Below are positions 52,381 through 64,000 of a DNA stretch of 64,000 bases, one piece after another. Position 1 is the stretch's first letter. Each line of letters starts with the position of its first letter. Origin of the DNA: Octopus sinensis (Eukaryota). A program made the position numbers and the translations under genes. The notes under the pieces were generated by a model. It saw nothing but the letters and a program-made list of their open reading frames with translations, was not told the origin of the DNA and ran no database searches. Where the stretch lies: assembly GCF_006345805.1 (NCBI RefSeq), contig NC_043005.1, positions 61,504,001-61,568,000 of the forward strand, read 5' to 3'.

Positions 52381-52530
52381 AAATCAAAATAAGCAACAAA
52401 ATATGAAGTAATAATGCAGTACGACCGTTTCAAGCGACTCCATTTATTTGAACTATGCAATCATTGCATCAAATTAAATGTAATGCTATCTTCAGTTGTG
52501 CAAATAAATAAATGGACTGTTCATCGTATA
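52381..52530 (-). repeat. Dispersed repeat, copy 2 (possible Penelope-like pLTR fragment with a hammerhead-like motif)
   Basis: Homologous to 48225-48345. The minus strand reads CTGAAGA...GAAACGGTCGTA. Confidence 0.55.
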
Positions 52531-52938
52531 TTGTCAATCTAATATACCTATGTAGCAAAATTTTCATTGAACCACATAAACATTTTTCTTTCTTTTTCTT
52601 TTGTCTTTTATCCTCCCTTCTCTTTTTCTCTTAATTTCTTGGATTCTGGCACTTTCAGTTTATCTCTATTTCCAGGACATATTTTTTACTTATTTTCGTT
52701 TTTACTTCTTTTCATCATGTACCTATCTTCATGTACCTATCCATATATAATAAGTATAGATAATTCTTTTTTCATTGCATTGCACTTCTGGGAGGGACTG
52801 ATCGGCCTCAAACTAATTAATGCGTTTCCTACACACAATTATGCTGTTTTCCTTAGTAATGCCTCCCTGTATGTATATATATATATAAAGTAAATATTTA
52901 AGTGTTGTCTATGTTCCTACACACACACACACACACAC

Positions 52939-53012
<74 letters not shown>

Positions 53013-53634
53013 ATATATATACTCTGTGTGCGTGTGTGTGCGTTTGAGTCTGTATTTGCATGCTTACCGCTTGGCAACGGGTGTTGGTTTCTTTGCGTCC
53101 ACATAACTTAGCGGTTCGGCAAATGAAAGAGATAGAGTAAGTAGCAGTCTGAAAAAAATATTGCTGGTATCGATCTGTTTGACTAAAACCTTTATGTAGG
53201 TCTACCAATATACTCCTGTTCAATGAGTGAAATAAAAGATTTAAGATTTAAAATAGTTATATAACCAAATATAACAGTTCTTCTGTGTGTGTTTTAATAG
53301 TAAATGTGATTCTACTCTAACCCGGTTGTTTTTTTATCAAACAAAGCGGTGCCCCAGCATGGCCGCACTCCAATGATTGAAACAAGTTAAAGATAAAAGA
53401 TATTTAGAAATCAGAGTTAAATTTTTGATAATGTTTCATTAAACATCGAAAGAGTTAAGCAATTCTCACCAGCGCCATCTGTCTATAATATTTTTGATGT
53501 TCTTCAGTTGAATGCAGAGTAAGAGAACTTCATAGAAACACACAATTATAGTGAAATGAATAGAAAAAAAAGCGATCAAGAAAATATCTAATTTGTCTAG
53601 CGTGTTAGGAAAATGAAAAACTGCAAAGAAAAGA

Positions 53635-53728
<94 letters not shown>

Positions 53729-54393
53729 TAAAATAATGATTATAATTTGAATATACGTCTTTAATATTTGAAGTTGTGCCAGTATGTGTTACAAGTACTT
53801 CTAAACTATTTTTATTTTGTTTCGCAATTATCTTCCCTTTTAAAATCGAAAATGTTTATTGCTTAAATTCTTTTTATTTTGTTTGTTTTTTATTCTTTCT
53901 TTCTCCCTTTCTTTTCTCCTTCTTTCTTTGTTCATGATTTATGTCACATGCTGAGTATCTTTTGTATGACTAATTATTCCAGATTTGTCATTGGCCAATT
54001 CTCAACAATACTTATCATTAAACATATTCCTGTCTATTATTTGGCAATGATATGCCTTTGTATTGCCAGCCATCATCTGGATTATATCCAGTGACTTCAA
54101 GCAGCTGTTTAAAGGAATTTCTCCAAATAATATTGCATATTCGCCTATACATCTCATCCACCAATTTATATCATGTTAAATAGGGAAAGCTGCATGTAAC
54201 CATGTCATTAAAATGTCAGCATGGTAGCCGAATGGTAAATGGCTAAGGGTGAATAAACAACGGTCTTCTATTATATCCAAATCAACCACTCTCGCTTTTC
54301 AATTCCCCAGTTTATCTGCGTGTACACGGTTAACAAATTCGTTGTGAGTGTGTATCCAATATATCTCCAATACTCCTCTGTTACAAGATGTTT

Positions 54394-54444
<51 letters not shown>

Positions 54445-54445
54445 T

Positions 54446-54477
<32 letters not shown>

Positions 54478-54609
54478 TAATAGAGATATTGATATAGATA
54501 TGTATATATGTGTTTATATGTATATATACGTTGTTCAAAAAAAATAGTTCATATTCCATTACTCGTACTCCGTATTTTTTATTGCACACGTTTCGTGACG
54601 TCCTGTGCC

Positions 54610-54650
<41 letters not shown>

Positions 54651-54923
54651 GTATAGGTGAAAGTATGTACATATACGTATGTTTATGTGCATATATATTA
54701 TGTATATTATTACAATATATATATATATATTTATTTATATCGGTGCATGAATGTGGTGTGTTGGTATGTTTACGTCCAGTGACTTTGTGGTTCGGTCAAA
54801 GAAACAGATAGAATAAGTACGAGGCTAAAAATATTTATAAACAATAATACTAGGATTGATTTATTCGACTAAAATCGGAACCCCGGCATCACCGCAGTCT
54901 AATGACTGGAAAAATTAAAAAGA

Positions 54924-54954
<31 letters not shown>

Positions 54955-55517
54955 TGTATGTATGTATGTATGTATGTACGTATGCATGTATGTGTGCATA
55001 TATATGTGTGTGTGTATGATGTATGTATGTGTATGTATATATGTATGTATGCATGTATGTGTGCATACATGTGTGTTGTATATATGTGTATGTATGTGTA
55101 TATAATGTGTGTATTTATGTATATATTGACATGTAACGTGTAGTAATATATACATTAGCATAGAAATCAGGCTCAACATCCTGATATTCCATTAACATAG
55201 AAACAGTTAACCAAACCTCATCAGAGCTATTTATCAATACATTTATAATATATTTATGGATTCATTCCACCCGGATTTACTATTGTTGATGTTTTTTTTT
55301 TTTTTTACTTTACTATTGCTGACCATTAATACATTGCCAAACACCAAATTATATCAGAAATTTTATTTTGTAAACTTCCCACACTCGAATAGAGCTTCAG
55401 TACCCACACCATTATATTTGTCAGAGGTAGAGACACGAAGCATGAAACAGAGGATCTATCAAATCTAATAGGGAACAGAGCTTCCTTGGAGCGAAATGGT
55501 GAAGCCCATTTTGCTCG

Positions 55518-55692
55518 ATGATGATGATGATGAGGATGATGACGACGACGACGACGACGATGATGATGATGATGAGTGAGGAGGAGGATAGGAGGAGGAA
55601 GAGAGGAAGCAGAAGAAGAAGGAGAAGAAGAAGAAGAAGAAGAAGAAGTAGAAGAAGAAGAAGAAGAAGAAGAAGAAGAAGAAGAAGAAGAA
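55518..55692. repeat. Compound trinucleotide tract (GAT/GAC/GAG/GAA)n
   Basis: Directly visible; source of the poly-E/R/M ORFs. Confidence 0.92.
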
Positions 55693-56197
55693 AACGCATT
55701 GCTTATTATATCATATTTGATATATAATACCATGTTAAAACATATTAATAAAATATCATATTATGTTACGAGATTAAAATATCATGGTATGAAATGCAAT
55801 GCTATATTATGTCGTGATGTAACTCTTATCTCTTTGGCTGACCAAATCCAATTTACTGGTTTTCATTCAGTTTGAATTGTCTCTTATACGCCAATAATAC
55901 TTTATAGAACACAAGGGAATATGAAGCTTCGTAGTTAGAGTGCAACTTCGTCATATATAAACATGAAGTATCGTTATGGGGTTAAGAAAAAGTAAATCTT
56001 TGTTCGGGTAACAATTTCTTAAAATGAACGCAGAAATAACCGTGCAGTAAAAAAAACAAATTCTTTCGAAAATAGAATTTTCAACAAGATTTAAATGTTC
56101 TGTTGAAGTTATTGCACTACAGTTGCATCTCTTTTGCAAGCAAATGGACGTTTATTTTATCCTAGGTTTCAGGATTATCCCACGCAAAAAAAATAAT

Positions 56198-56670
56198 AAA
56201 TCAATATTTACTATGGTTAATTCTCGCAATATTAGGAAAATCGGTTAAGACGGCGAGCTGCCAGAATCGTTAGCCGCTGAGGTCAACTTTACATTTCATC
56301 CTTTCGGGGTCGATAAATTAAGTACCAATTGAACATTGGGGTCGATGTAATCGACTTAACCATTTCCCCCCGAAATTGCTGGCCTTGTACCAAAATCTGA
56401 AATCAATATTTACTGTGGTTAATTCTCACAATATTAGGAATATCAGTTAAGTCGCCGAGCAGGCAGAATCGTTAGGACGCCAGGCAAGATGCCTAGTGGC
56501 ATTTCATCCGTGTGTATGTTCTGAGTTTAAATGCCACCGAGGTCAACTTTGCCTTTCATCCTTTAGAGGGGTCAATAAATTAAGTACCAGTTAAGTACTG
56601 TGGTCGATGTAATTGATATGCTTTCTGCCCCGAAATTGCAAGCCTTGTGACATCAAAGTTTGAAATTTAT
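56198..56670 (+). mobile_element. Two tandem SINE family B copies, each preceded by the same 52-bp sequence
   Basis: Direct repeat at 56198-56249 and 56400-56451 (4 mismatches). The first SINE has an internal deletion. Confidence 0.75.
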
Positions 56671-57244
56671 ATTAGGTTTCTTCTATTATAATTCCATTTA
56701 CATACAGAATGTCTCCACGTGTATATTAAATCAGACCCATTACTTGACAGATTAACTATTTTTATCGATCCTGGAGAGATGAAAGCAAAACTGACCTCGA
56801 TTGAATTTAAATCAAAGTGATTTAAACCTGTAACAAACAATCGTATGAATTCTGTCCACGGCTTCACGGATTCTGAAATTTCACTGTTTAAATCGCCGTT
56901 GTTTTTATAATTCTTTGTTTAGTTCCTCGTAATCCGTAGGAGTTTAGAATCACCATATAAAGCTCTATCCTTGTACAATGTTTCTTGGGTAAATCAATGC
57001 AGTAGAGGACGTGTGAGCGAAACCACGCAGAATATGCGAGCTCAACATATTCGTCAAAACTGTTTGCAATAAGTACTGCTGCTTCCTTAGTTACAACATC
57101 GAGCTATATATCTACAGTTTACTAAGCTGTAAATATGTTCGCTACAGACGTCAAGCTCATGAAATGATGCTAAATACTGAAAATTTTGCAATTAACCATT
57201 ACACCTCGGCAAATCGTAGCATTAGTTCGTCTATTATATGTAAA

Positions 57245-57618
57245 CTAGCAGTATCGCCCGGCGTTGCTCGGGTTTGTTTCGACCCTTTAGAATTGGAATT
57301 TTTTCAAAATTAAAAATTTTGCATTATGTAGCTTGTTATTCTCTTTAAGTAAACATTTTTCTGGTTGAAATACACCGAAAAATGGCGACACAGCAGTAAA
57401 AAAATCATAGGAAAAAAGCACCTTTTTGATGTAAATAATTTTCGGTCTTAACATGGTCCGATTTGAATTTTTTCTTCTACGGAAGGAAGAGCAAGCCTTC
57501 TTCTATTATACTCTCAATTTTGGTAAACTTGCTCCGCAGGGTCTCGGAGGAGATAGTGTTAGTTGAAGGCTACCAAACCTGCCATGCACAGACAACTTCA
57601 GCTTTATATAGAGAGAGA
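57245..57618 (-). mobile_element. Non-autonomous Helitron with the same termini as 15260-15559
   Basis: The minus strand begins A|TCTCTCTCTATATAAAGCTGAAGTTG and ends CCCGAGCAACGCCGGGCGATACTGCTAG|T. Confidence 0.82.
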
Positions 57619-59024
57619 TTATTAAGAACGCTGTTAGTGAAATACGAAACATTGATTATTCTTGTAAAAGTCTTAACATACGTTGACGACGACGTTATCA
57701 TTTGAGTGCGCTAAAACATAACAAAATGTTAAATTCAATGGAACCAACAAGTTACACAATTACTAATTTCTAACAAAGGCACAAGACCATACGTTTAGTG
57801 GAAATGGACATGGTTGATTAAATCAACTTCAGTACTTGACTGGTAAATCATTTTATCAATATTGAAAAACTACAGACAAAGCCGACTAAAATCAGAACAT
57901 CAAGACGCATAAGAAAAAAATTGTTGTAAATCATTTCGTCGGGTATTCAATATATAGTTTCATCAGTACTACATTACTCTTGTTTTATTTATTATAACAA
58001 CTATCAAATCACAAAGTAACATTACTGTTGTTTTCCCCCAAAAGAAAACAGGAAATTGTTAAACGATAAATTCATAGATCTTAAATTAATTCTTTGAAAG
58101 AAATGCATGAAAGCATCTTTAATATTTCCATCCATAAATAATGCGGGCTTCACAAACTGTTTTATCATTAGCCTTTCATACTTAGAACCGTGATTCTTTG
58201 ATGTCAAAGAAATGAAGCAAGACTACAAATAATTTCGATCATACAAAATGACAAATGAGATCAAGGATGACCAAGTAAATAGAACACCGGATAACAAATA
58301 TTCATTATGATGTTAAAATAATCGTATCTGATTATACTTTATTATATATGTTAATAATGCAGCATAATATATCTCTTGATTGCATTATAGCCTTAAAATT
58401 GCAAACTACGTGATCAAGCTTATTCAATTCTAAGATGTGCTGTGTGATTTATAATTACGATGATATAATCAAATGAAGATTATGCTAGCGATAGTCCTTA
58501 TGATGAGGGTAATGGTAAATCTTACTCCTACTGCAGACAACGATTATGAAGACGACTATAACGATGATGGCAAAATTATATCAGTATAATATTTCTCTGA
58601 AGCATTTTTCACAAATATTGGCGTTATTTTTCACGGATATTGGCGTTAATTCCACACGTTGATTAAATACATTTTCTTTCGAATTCACTAATATTCCTAC
58701 TTTATTACAACCAAATTAAATTAAACAAATACGTTAAAACATCAATTACACCCTGAGAGATAATTTTAACTATTGCTTAGAGTAATAATGGTTTCTAATT
58801 TAGGTACAAGGTAAGCAGTTTTGTGAGAAGGAAGTAAGTCAGTACTATAGACCCCAGTACTGGTTGGGCAGTTCATTTTAACGATCCCAAAATAATGAAA
58901 GACAAAGTCATTCTCGGCAGCATTTGGTCTCCGAATGCAAAAAGGTGGAACAAATGCCGCAAGGAGATTTTTTTTTATACTCTAACAACTCTACTAGCTT
59001 ACTGGTCTTGTAGCTCGGCATAAT

Positions 59025-59240
59025 AATGATCTCAAATTTTGGTACAGGGCCTGCAATTTGGGAGGAAGGGAGTAAGTCAATTAGATCGAACACAGTGCTC
59101 AACCTATTTTATCGATTCCCCGAAAATTATGAAAGGCAAAGTTGACTTCGACGACACATGAACTTGGGACGTGAAGACGGACGAAATACCAGTGAGCATT
59201 TGCATGATACGGTAATGGTTTATTCCAATTTGCCGCTTTA
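59025..59240 (-). mobile_element. SINE family B, old copy (another older copy at ~58795-58935)
   Basis: Reverse-complement blocks ATGAAAGGCAAAGTTGAC and GACGAAATACC. Confidence 0.65.
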
Positions 59241-60329
59241 ATAGTTCGGCATAATAATAAGAAATAAAAGGTGTCATACTTGTTTTTAAATCTAAATTCT
59301 ATCTTAGGTTTAAAATTTCTGAAGACATTTTAGTGGAGAGAAATTTGATAGATAAAGATTGTGCAAAAGACTATTGGTGCCTTAGATTGTCTGCAATCCA
59401 ATGCTTGGAAATAATAAAAGAATTATTAAACATATTCGATATATTTTACTATTGTATTTTTGTAATCATGTAGCTGTGTAAAAGAGTAGGTGTCTAGCAA
59501 TTTGACAGCTAATTAGTATCAATCTCGCTATTGTATGACGTGCTGTCATACGTTTGCTGAGAGGAAATTATGCTTGGCTGTTGGTGTTGTTATTTAGCTA
59601 CTAGCTCGTATGTACCTCTAAAACTACGTCTATTCTATATTCGCCGTCAACGCAGGGGTAGAGTAGGAACTGTGGAAAATCTGGCAGCTGTTTCTAGTTG
59701 CTGCAACGACCACGCAAAAGATCATTCGTTGTCTGACATTTAGATTTACTTCGTTCTCGTTCGTTTTATCATACAATGATAAATGAGAGAATAGCGTGGT
59801 TATGGTCAAAAAAGTTTTCAGTTTAATCTCGTTAAGCTTTAACTTTTTAACTTGTATACTAATTTCCTATATTGGTTTAGAGGTAGTGTATAATCAATAG
59901 AAACGACCTCGATATATGATTTATTTTATCGACCCGAATACTAGATAATTGTTTCAAATCAATATTCATAAAGTTTTAGAAGTGCTGGAGTGGCTACATT
60001 GACGACTAAATAAACTCTACTGCCAAAGTAAGAAATGCGAAAACATTTTCGTTTTCTTCCATCCATTAAGGTGACTGTGATTGTGGCCAAGTACTTCCAG
60101 CTTTTCTTTCGCATTAACCACCTGTTCGAGTTCCTTAGAGAGAGATCTACGGAAAAACTACCTTCCTATTTAACACCTAGTGGCATATTCCTATGAAAAT
60201 ACTTGTGATAACGTTCAACTGTATAGGAAAGGAAAACTCTACATAAATGTTCGTCTATGGATGGATTTCGTGCATCTCTCATTTCCTGAATTGTAAATCT
60301 GCTGTCAAATCGCTCTGTTACTGTATTAA

Positions 60330-60760
60330 CTAATGAGGTTTTCTCTTATCGACACTGAACAAATTGTTGTTTGCAACAAAGTTATGTTGTGTCTTACATG
60401 CTGCTGCTTCAGTACGTGGACGATTAGTATCACTTCTAAGAACATTGTCTCCTGTTCCAATGATATCTTTTCTTATTTATACATAATTTTTACACATGCG
60501 ATTGATCGGAATGAAGTCGCTCACCATTACATTTCAACGCACAGTTTTCCCACTCTACTTTTTCTACCGCTACAACAGTATAATCTACTCCTCTGAACTG
60601 ACTGGTTACATACCATCTCTATCCCGGAACTTCCATTTCATTCGTCTCAACTCCTATTGTCGCCTATATTATGCTCATCACCCTAAGCTCCTACATTAAC
60701 CATTCTACCTTGTCCTTGCCACACAGAATATCAGCCTTCTTGAATTCCCTTACTGTCCCT
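60330..60760 (+). pseudogene. Old relic of a CR1/L2/Jockey-type LINE ORF2 C-terminus
   Basis: RLIG..SLT..LYFFYRY....SSELTGYIP resembles the post-RT region (RLIG..SLSHRR..LFYRYY..CSSEL) of these LINEs. Confidence 0.45.
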
Positions 60761-61420
60761 ACTTTTTTCCTGCACTATCGGCCTCACCATTCCTGAAGGG
60801 CCTGCATAAATATGATTGTTGATTATATGAAGGACGCCTTGTGTTACTCGCTCTTGATAGCTGGAATCTTAAAATCCTTTCAATCATCTCGTATCAACAA
60901 AACCATAGTTTCAAATCACTATTTTGGAAGTTATATAAGAGGTAGAATGTTGGCGAGATTGACAATTAAATACATTCTACTACCAATCTAATAAAGTGAC
61001 TGGTTCCTGTATGATGTCTCTTCCATTTCACACACTGAGTGATGTCACGACCAAATACTTCAAATTTTTCTTTTTCAGTAACCACTAGATTGGGATTCCG
61101 TAAAACTAGATCTATCAAAAACTTGTTTTCTTATTTAACACACCGTGTATTATTTTATAATCTTTCATGGTGACCTCAAATATAGAATATTGCAAAACTG
61201 TATCCGAAAGATTAAGGTCACTCTTAAGGGTCAGGGAACTATTCTAACCTTTTTAGTTCTCGGGCCTCAATACTACAGGGGTACACATTAAAGTACTACA
61301 CTTATCTAAGGGCTGCGTTACTGACCTTAAACACGACCACACACACGCACACGCACGCACACACACACAAACACACACAAACAAACAAACACACAAACAC
61401 GCTCTAGTCCGCATCTGAAA

Positions 61421-61637
61421 TAATCCTTTCTGTTATAGGCACAAGGTTTGAAATTTGGGAGAGGAGGATAGTCGATTACAGCGACCCCAGTATTCAACTG
61501 GTACTTTATTTATCGACCCCGAAAGGATGAAAGGCAAAGTCTACCCCGGGGGAATTTGAACTCAGAACATAAAGACCGACGAAATGCCTCTAAGCATTTT
61601 ACCCGGTGAACTAACGATTCTGCCAGCTCGCCACTCC
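61421..61637 (-). mobile_element. SINE family B, full length
   Basis: Reverse complement of the head (GATTCTGCCAGCTCGCC), central block and tail. Confidence 0.85.
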
Positions 61638-62930
61638 TCGTCTATAACTACTGCAAATGTTCCTGCTACTCTCAACTAGCGTATTGTATATTCCTATCTC
61701 TCAGTTCCAACACCTCTTCAGTCGGCTTATTCTTCATTTAAGACCTATACTGTATCTAACCGTTCATATCCGCAATAAACACCATAATCTCAAAAATTCT
61801 ACAATTACCTCTCCCCTCAGGTCTCCGAAGTATATTTTTATCTCTAAATATTCAATCTGATAACCACGTTTTAATCGCGCCAGTTTGGGAAAGGGGTGCA
61901 TAGTCTATTGGGGCTATATTTTCTCTTCATCTCACTAACTAATACAATAACAAAGAAAATCCAATATGGACTGAGGTGTCAAAAGTTTCACTGATGTAAG
62001 AAACGACAGACCAACAAAAAGAACGAATGTTTCGATTGCTTGTGCTACTGAGTTCAGCTATACACGCGAGAAATTTACTGCCATTGAGTGTATTTCTTTT
62101 CAGCGAATGCTAAAATACCTTTAATATTATGCAGTTCATTCATTTTTCTTTGTGTGTGTGTGTGTGTGTGTGTGTTACTTAAGCAGAAACTTTCGGTTCT
62201 GAACCAATAGCTAATAAAAAATTGCATTACATTTTAATTTTAGCCACATGGTCTTAAAGTTTAACGAATAGCTCCTCGTTAGCAGCTTTGTTCTATATCC
62301 ATAATCAAAACTACTAACCTTGAAATAACCTAGTGCAACCTTATGTACTCTAAATAACCATCAACAAATCTATAAGAAAGGGCGACTTATTCCTTCAAGC
62401 ATCTATGTTAACTACATGAATGGAGACTGTAACTTCAACATGTAGTAAAGCCGTCTTGAAATATAGATTTCTTATATAAACACAGAACTTCAGATTCTAA
62501 TGGAAGAGTATTAGTAGCTGAGTCCTACATGGATGAAAAGTAAAGTTGAAATAAGTGAGAGGCAAACTGAATATATCATGATACGTAACTTAATACCACA
62601 TGATCTTTTGCCCCACGTTCTAATGTTTCTAGAACACCAAAGTCCTGCTAAGTTAAGATATGAAAAGTTAGTGAGTCTTGTGGAAATAAGGATGGTTACG
62701 AGATTTAATTGCTCAATACAGACACGCTATCGAGTCTGTAAGTAATACAGGGTGCATCAGTGTTTTAGCGGTCATTTGTATGAATTTAGAAAAAGGCGCA
62801 AACCTCATCAGAGAAACGCTGTATTTGAAAATGAATTATTACAAATATTATTGAGAACCTTTTCGTAATTATGTTGGACTAAAATTTTTCGTTGGGTTGC
62901 CGTATGAAACAAGTGACGGATTTAATATAT

Positions 62931-63141
62931 ACTCTTTTTACTCTTTTACTTGTTTCAGATATGTGACTGTAGCCATGCTGGAGCACCGCCTTTAGTCGAG
63001 CAAATCGACCCCAGGACTTATTCTTTATAAGCCTAGTACTTATTCTATTGGTCTCTTTTGCCGAACCGCTAAGTTACGGGGACATAAACACACCAGCATC
63101 GGTTGCCAAGCGATGCTGGGGGGGGGGGACAAACAAGACAC

Positions 63142-63234
<93 letters not shown>

Positions 63235-63397
63235 CGACGGACGTCTTTCAGTTTCCGTCTACCAAATCCACTCACAAGGCTTTGGTCGGCTCGTGGCTAT
63301 AGTAGAAGACACTTGCCCAAGGTGCCATGCAGTGGGACTGAAACCGGAACCATGTGGTCCGTAAGCAAGCTACTTACCACACAGCCACTTCTACGCC
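62931..63397 (-). mobile_element. SINE family A, full length, with an expanded internal (TA)n tract
   Basis: Close match to 31259-31703; the internal TA tract is ~90 bp. Confidence 0.9.
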
Positions 63398-64000
63398 TAT
63401 ATATGTAAGTTATATGTTCAATTAATTATTTGAATTTGATGTGAATATTACAATTACAGTTAACCACATTCACATACATTATCAAGCAATTTGTAAAAGA
63501 ATTGAAAGAAGAGTTAAAACGAGTGTATTGTCTAAGAATTTGTATTGTACGTTTGTCTTTTGTGTAGTCGAAAACAAACACTAAACATATGCTTCTAAAG
63601 GAAATAAAAACCGAAAATAGAATATATTTTGAAACAATTCGAATATATTTCATCTAATTATACATAACTATATGCCGTTATATATTTTATGCAGTTATGT
63701 CTCAAAGGAGATTTTTTTAAGCAAACACATTAGAAATTCCAGAAATTTATGTATGTGTGTGTGTTTGTGCGTGTTTGTGTGTGCGTGTGTGTGCAGGTGC
63801 ACGCACAAACATCTTGTATTTTATGCATATACATACGCATATATATGTATTTTATATATATATATGCACATATAAGTATAATATTTTACATATATAATAT
63901 ATATGTGTGTGTGTGGAGATGGAATGTCGTAATTGTATGGGGGTATATGTATGTAAGTATGTATGTGCGCATGTACATGCATATATGTACATGTGTATGC

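Noticed and set aside
55326-55875. Poly-Glu/Arg/Ser/His proteins
   Set aside because: Translations of trinucleotide microsatellites. The same applies to the many (YI)n, (CM/YV)n, (LSIY)n and poly-N/L/I ORFs elsewhere in the track.

Overview
A repeat-saturated, AT-rich eukaryotic window, most consistent with intronic or intergenic DNA of a coleoid cephalopod (probably Octopus). That assignment rests on the SINE families and the very high microsatellite density. I can support no host protein-coding exon, rRNA, true tRNA or CRISPR array, and most ORFs in the track are microsatellite artefacts. What is present: at least three tRNA-derived SINE families; a near full-length CR1/L2-group LINE (~26.9-30.9 kb) preceded by a 1.2-kb AT-rich minisatellite; an internally deleted R4/Dong RLE retrotransposon (~40.2-42.6 kb, minus strand); relics of Tc1/mariner, Chapaev-like and other LINE coding regions; several MITEs (TcMar, Tigger, hAT); and two non-autonomous Helitrons. 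The most notable structures are (i) a 3.3-kb nested palindrome with GGTAA termini and an 8-bp TSD (Merlin-like foldback element), (ii) a near-perfect 185-bp SINE hairpin with a fold-back junction, (iii) a LINE/SINE shared 3' tail with a covarying stem-loop, (iv) a LINE ORF1 that appears to combine a Myb/SANT-like domain with a CCCH finger, and (v) two degenerate minimal hammerhead-like motifs. All family assignments come from motif recognition by eye, not from database searches.
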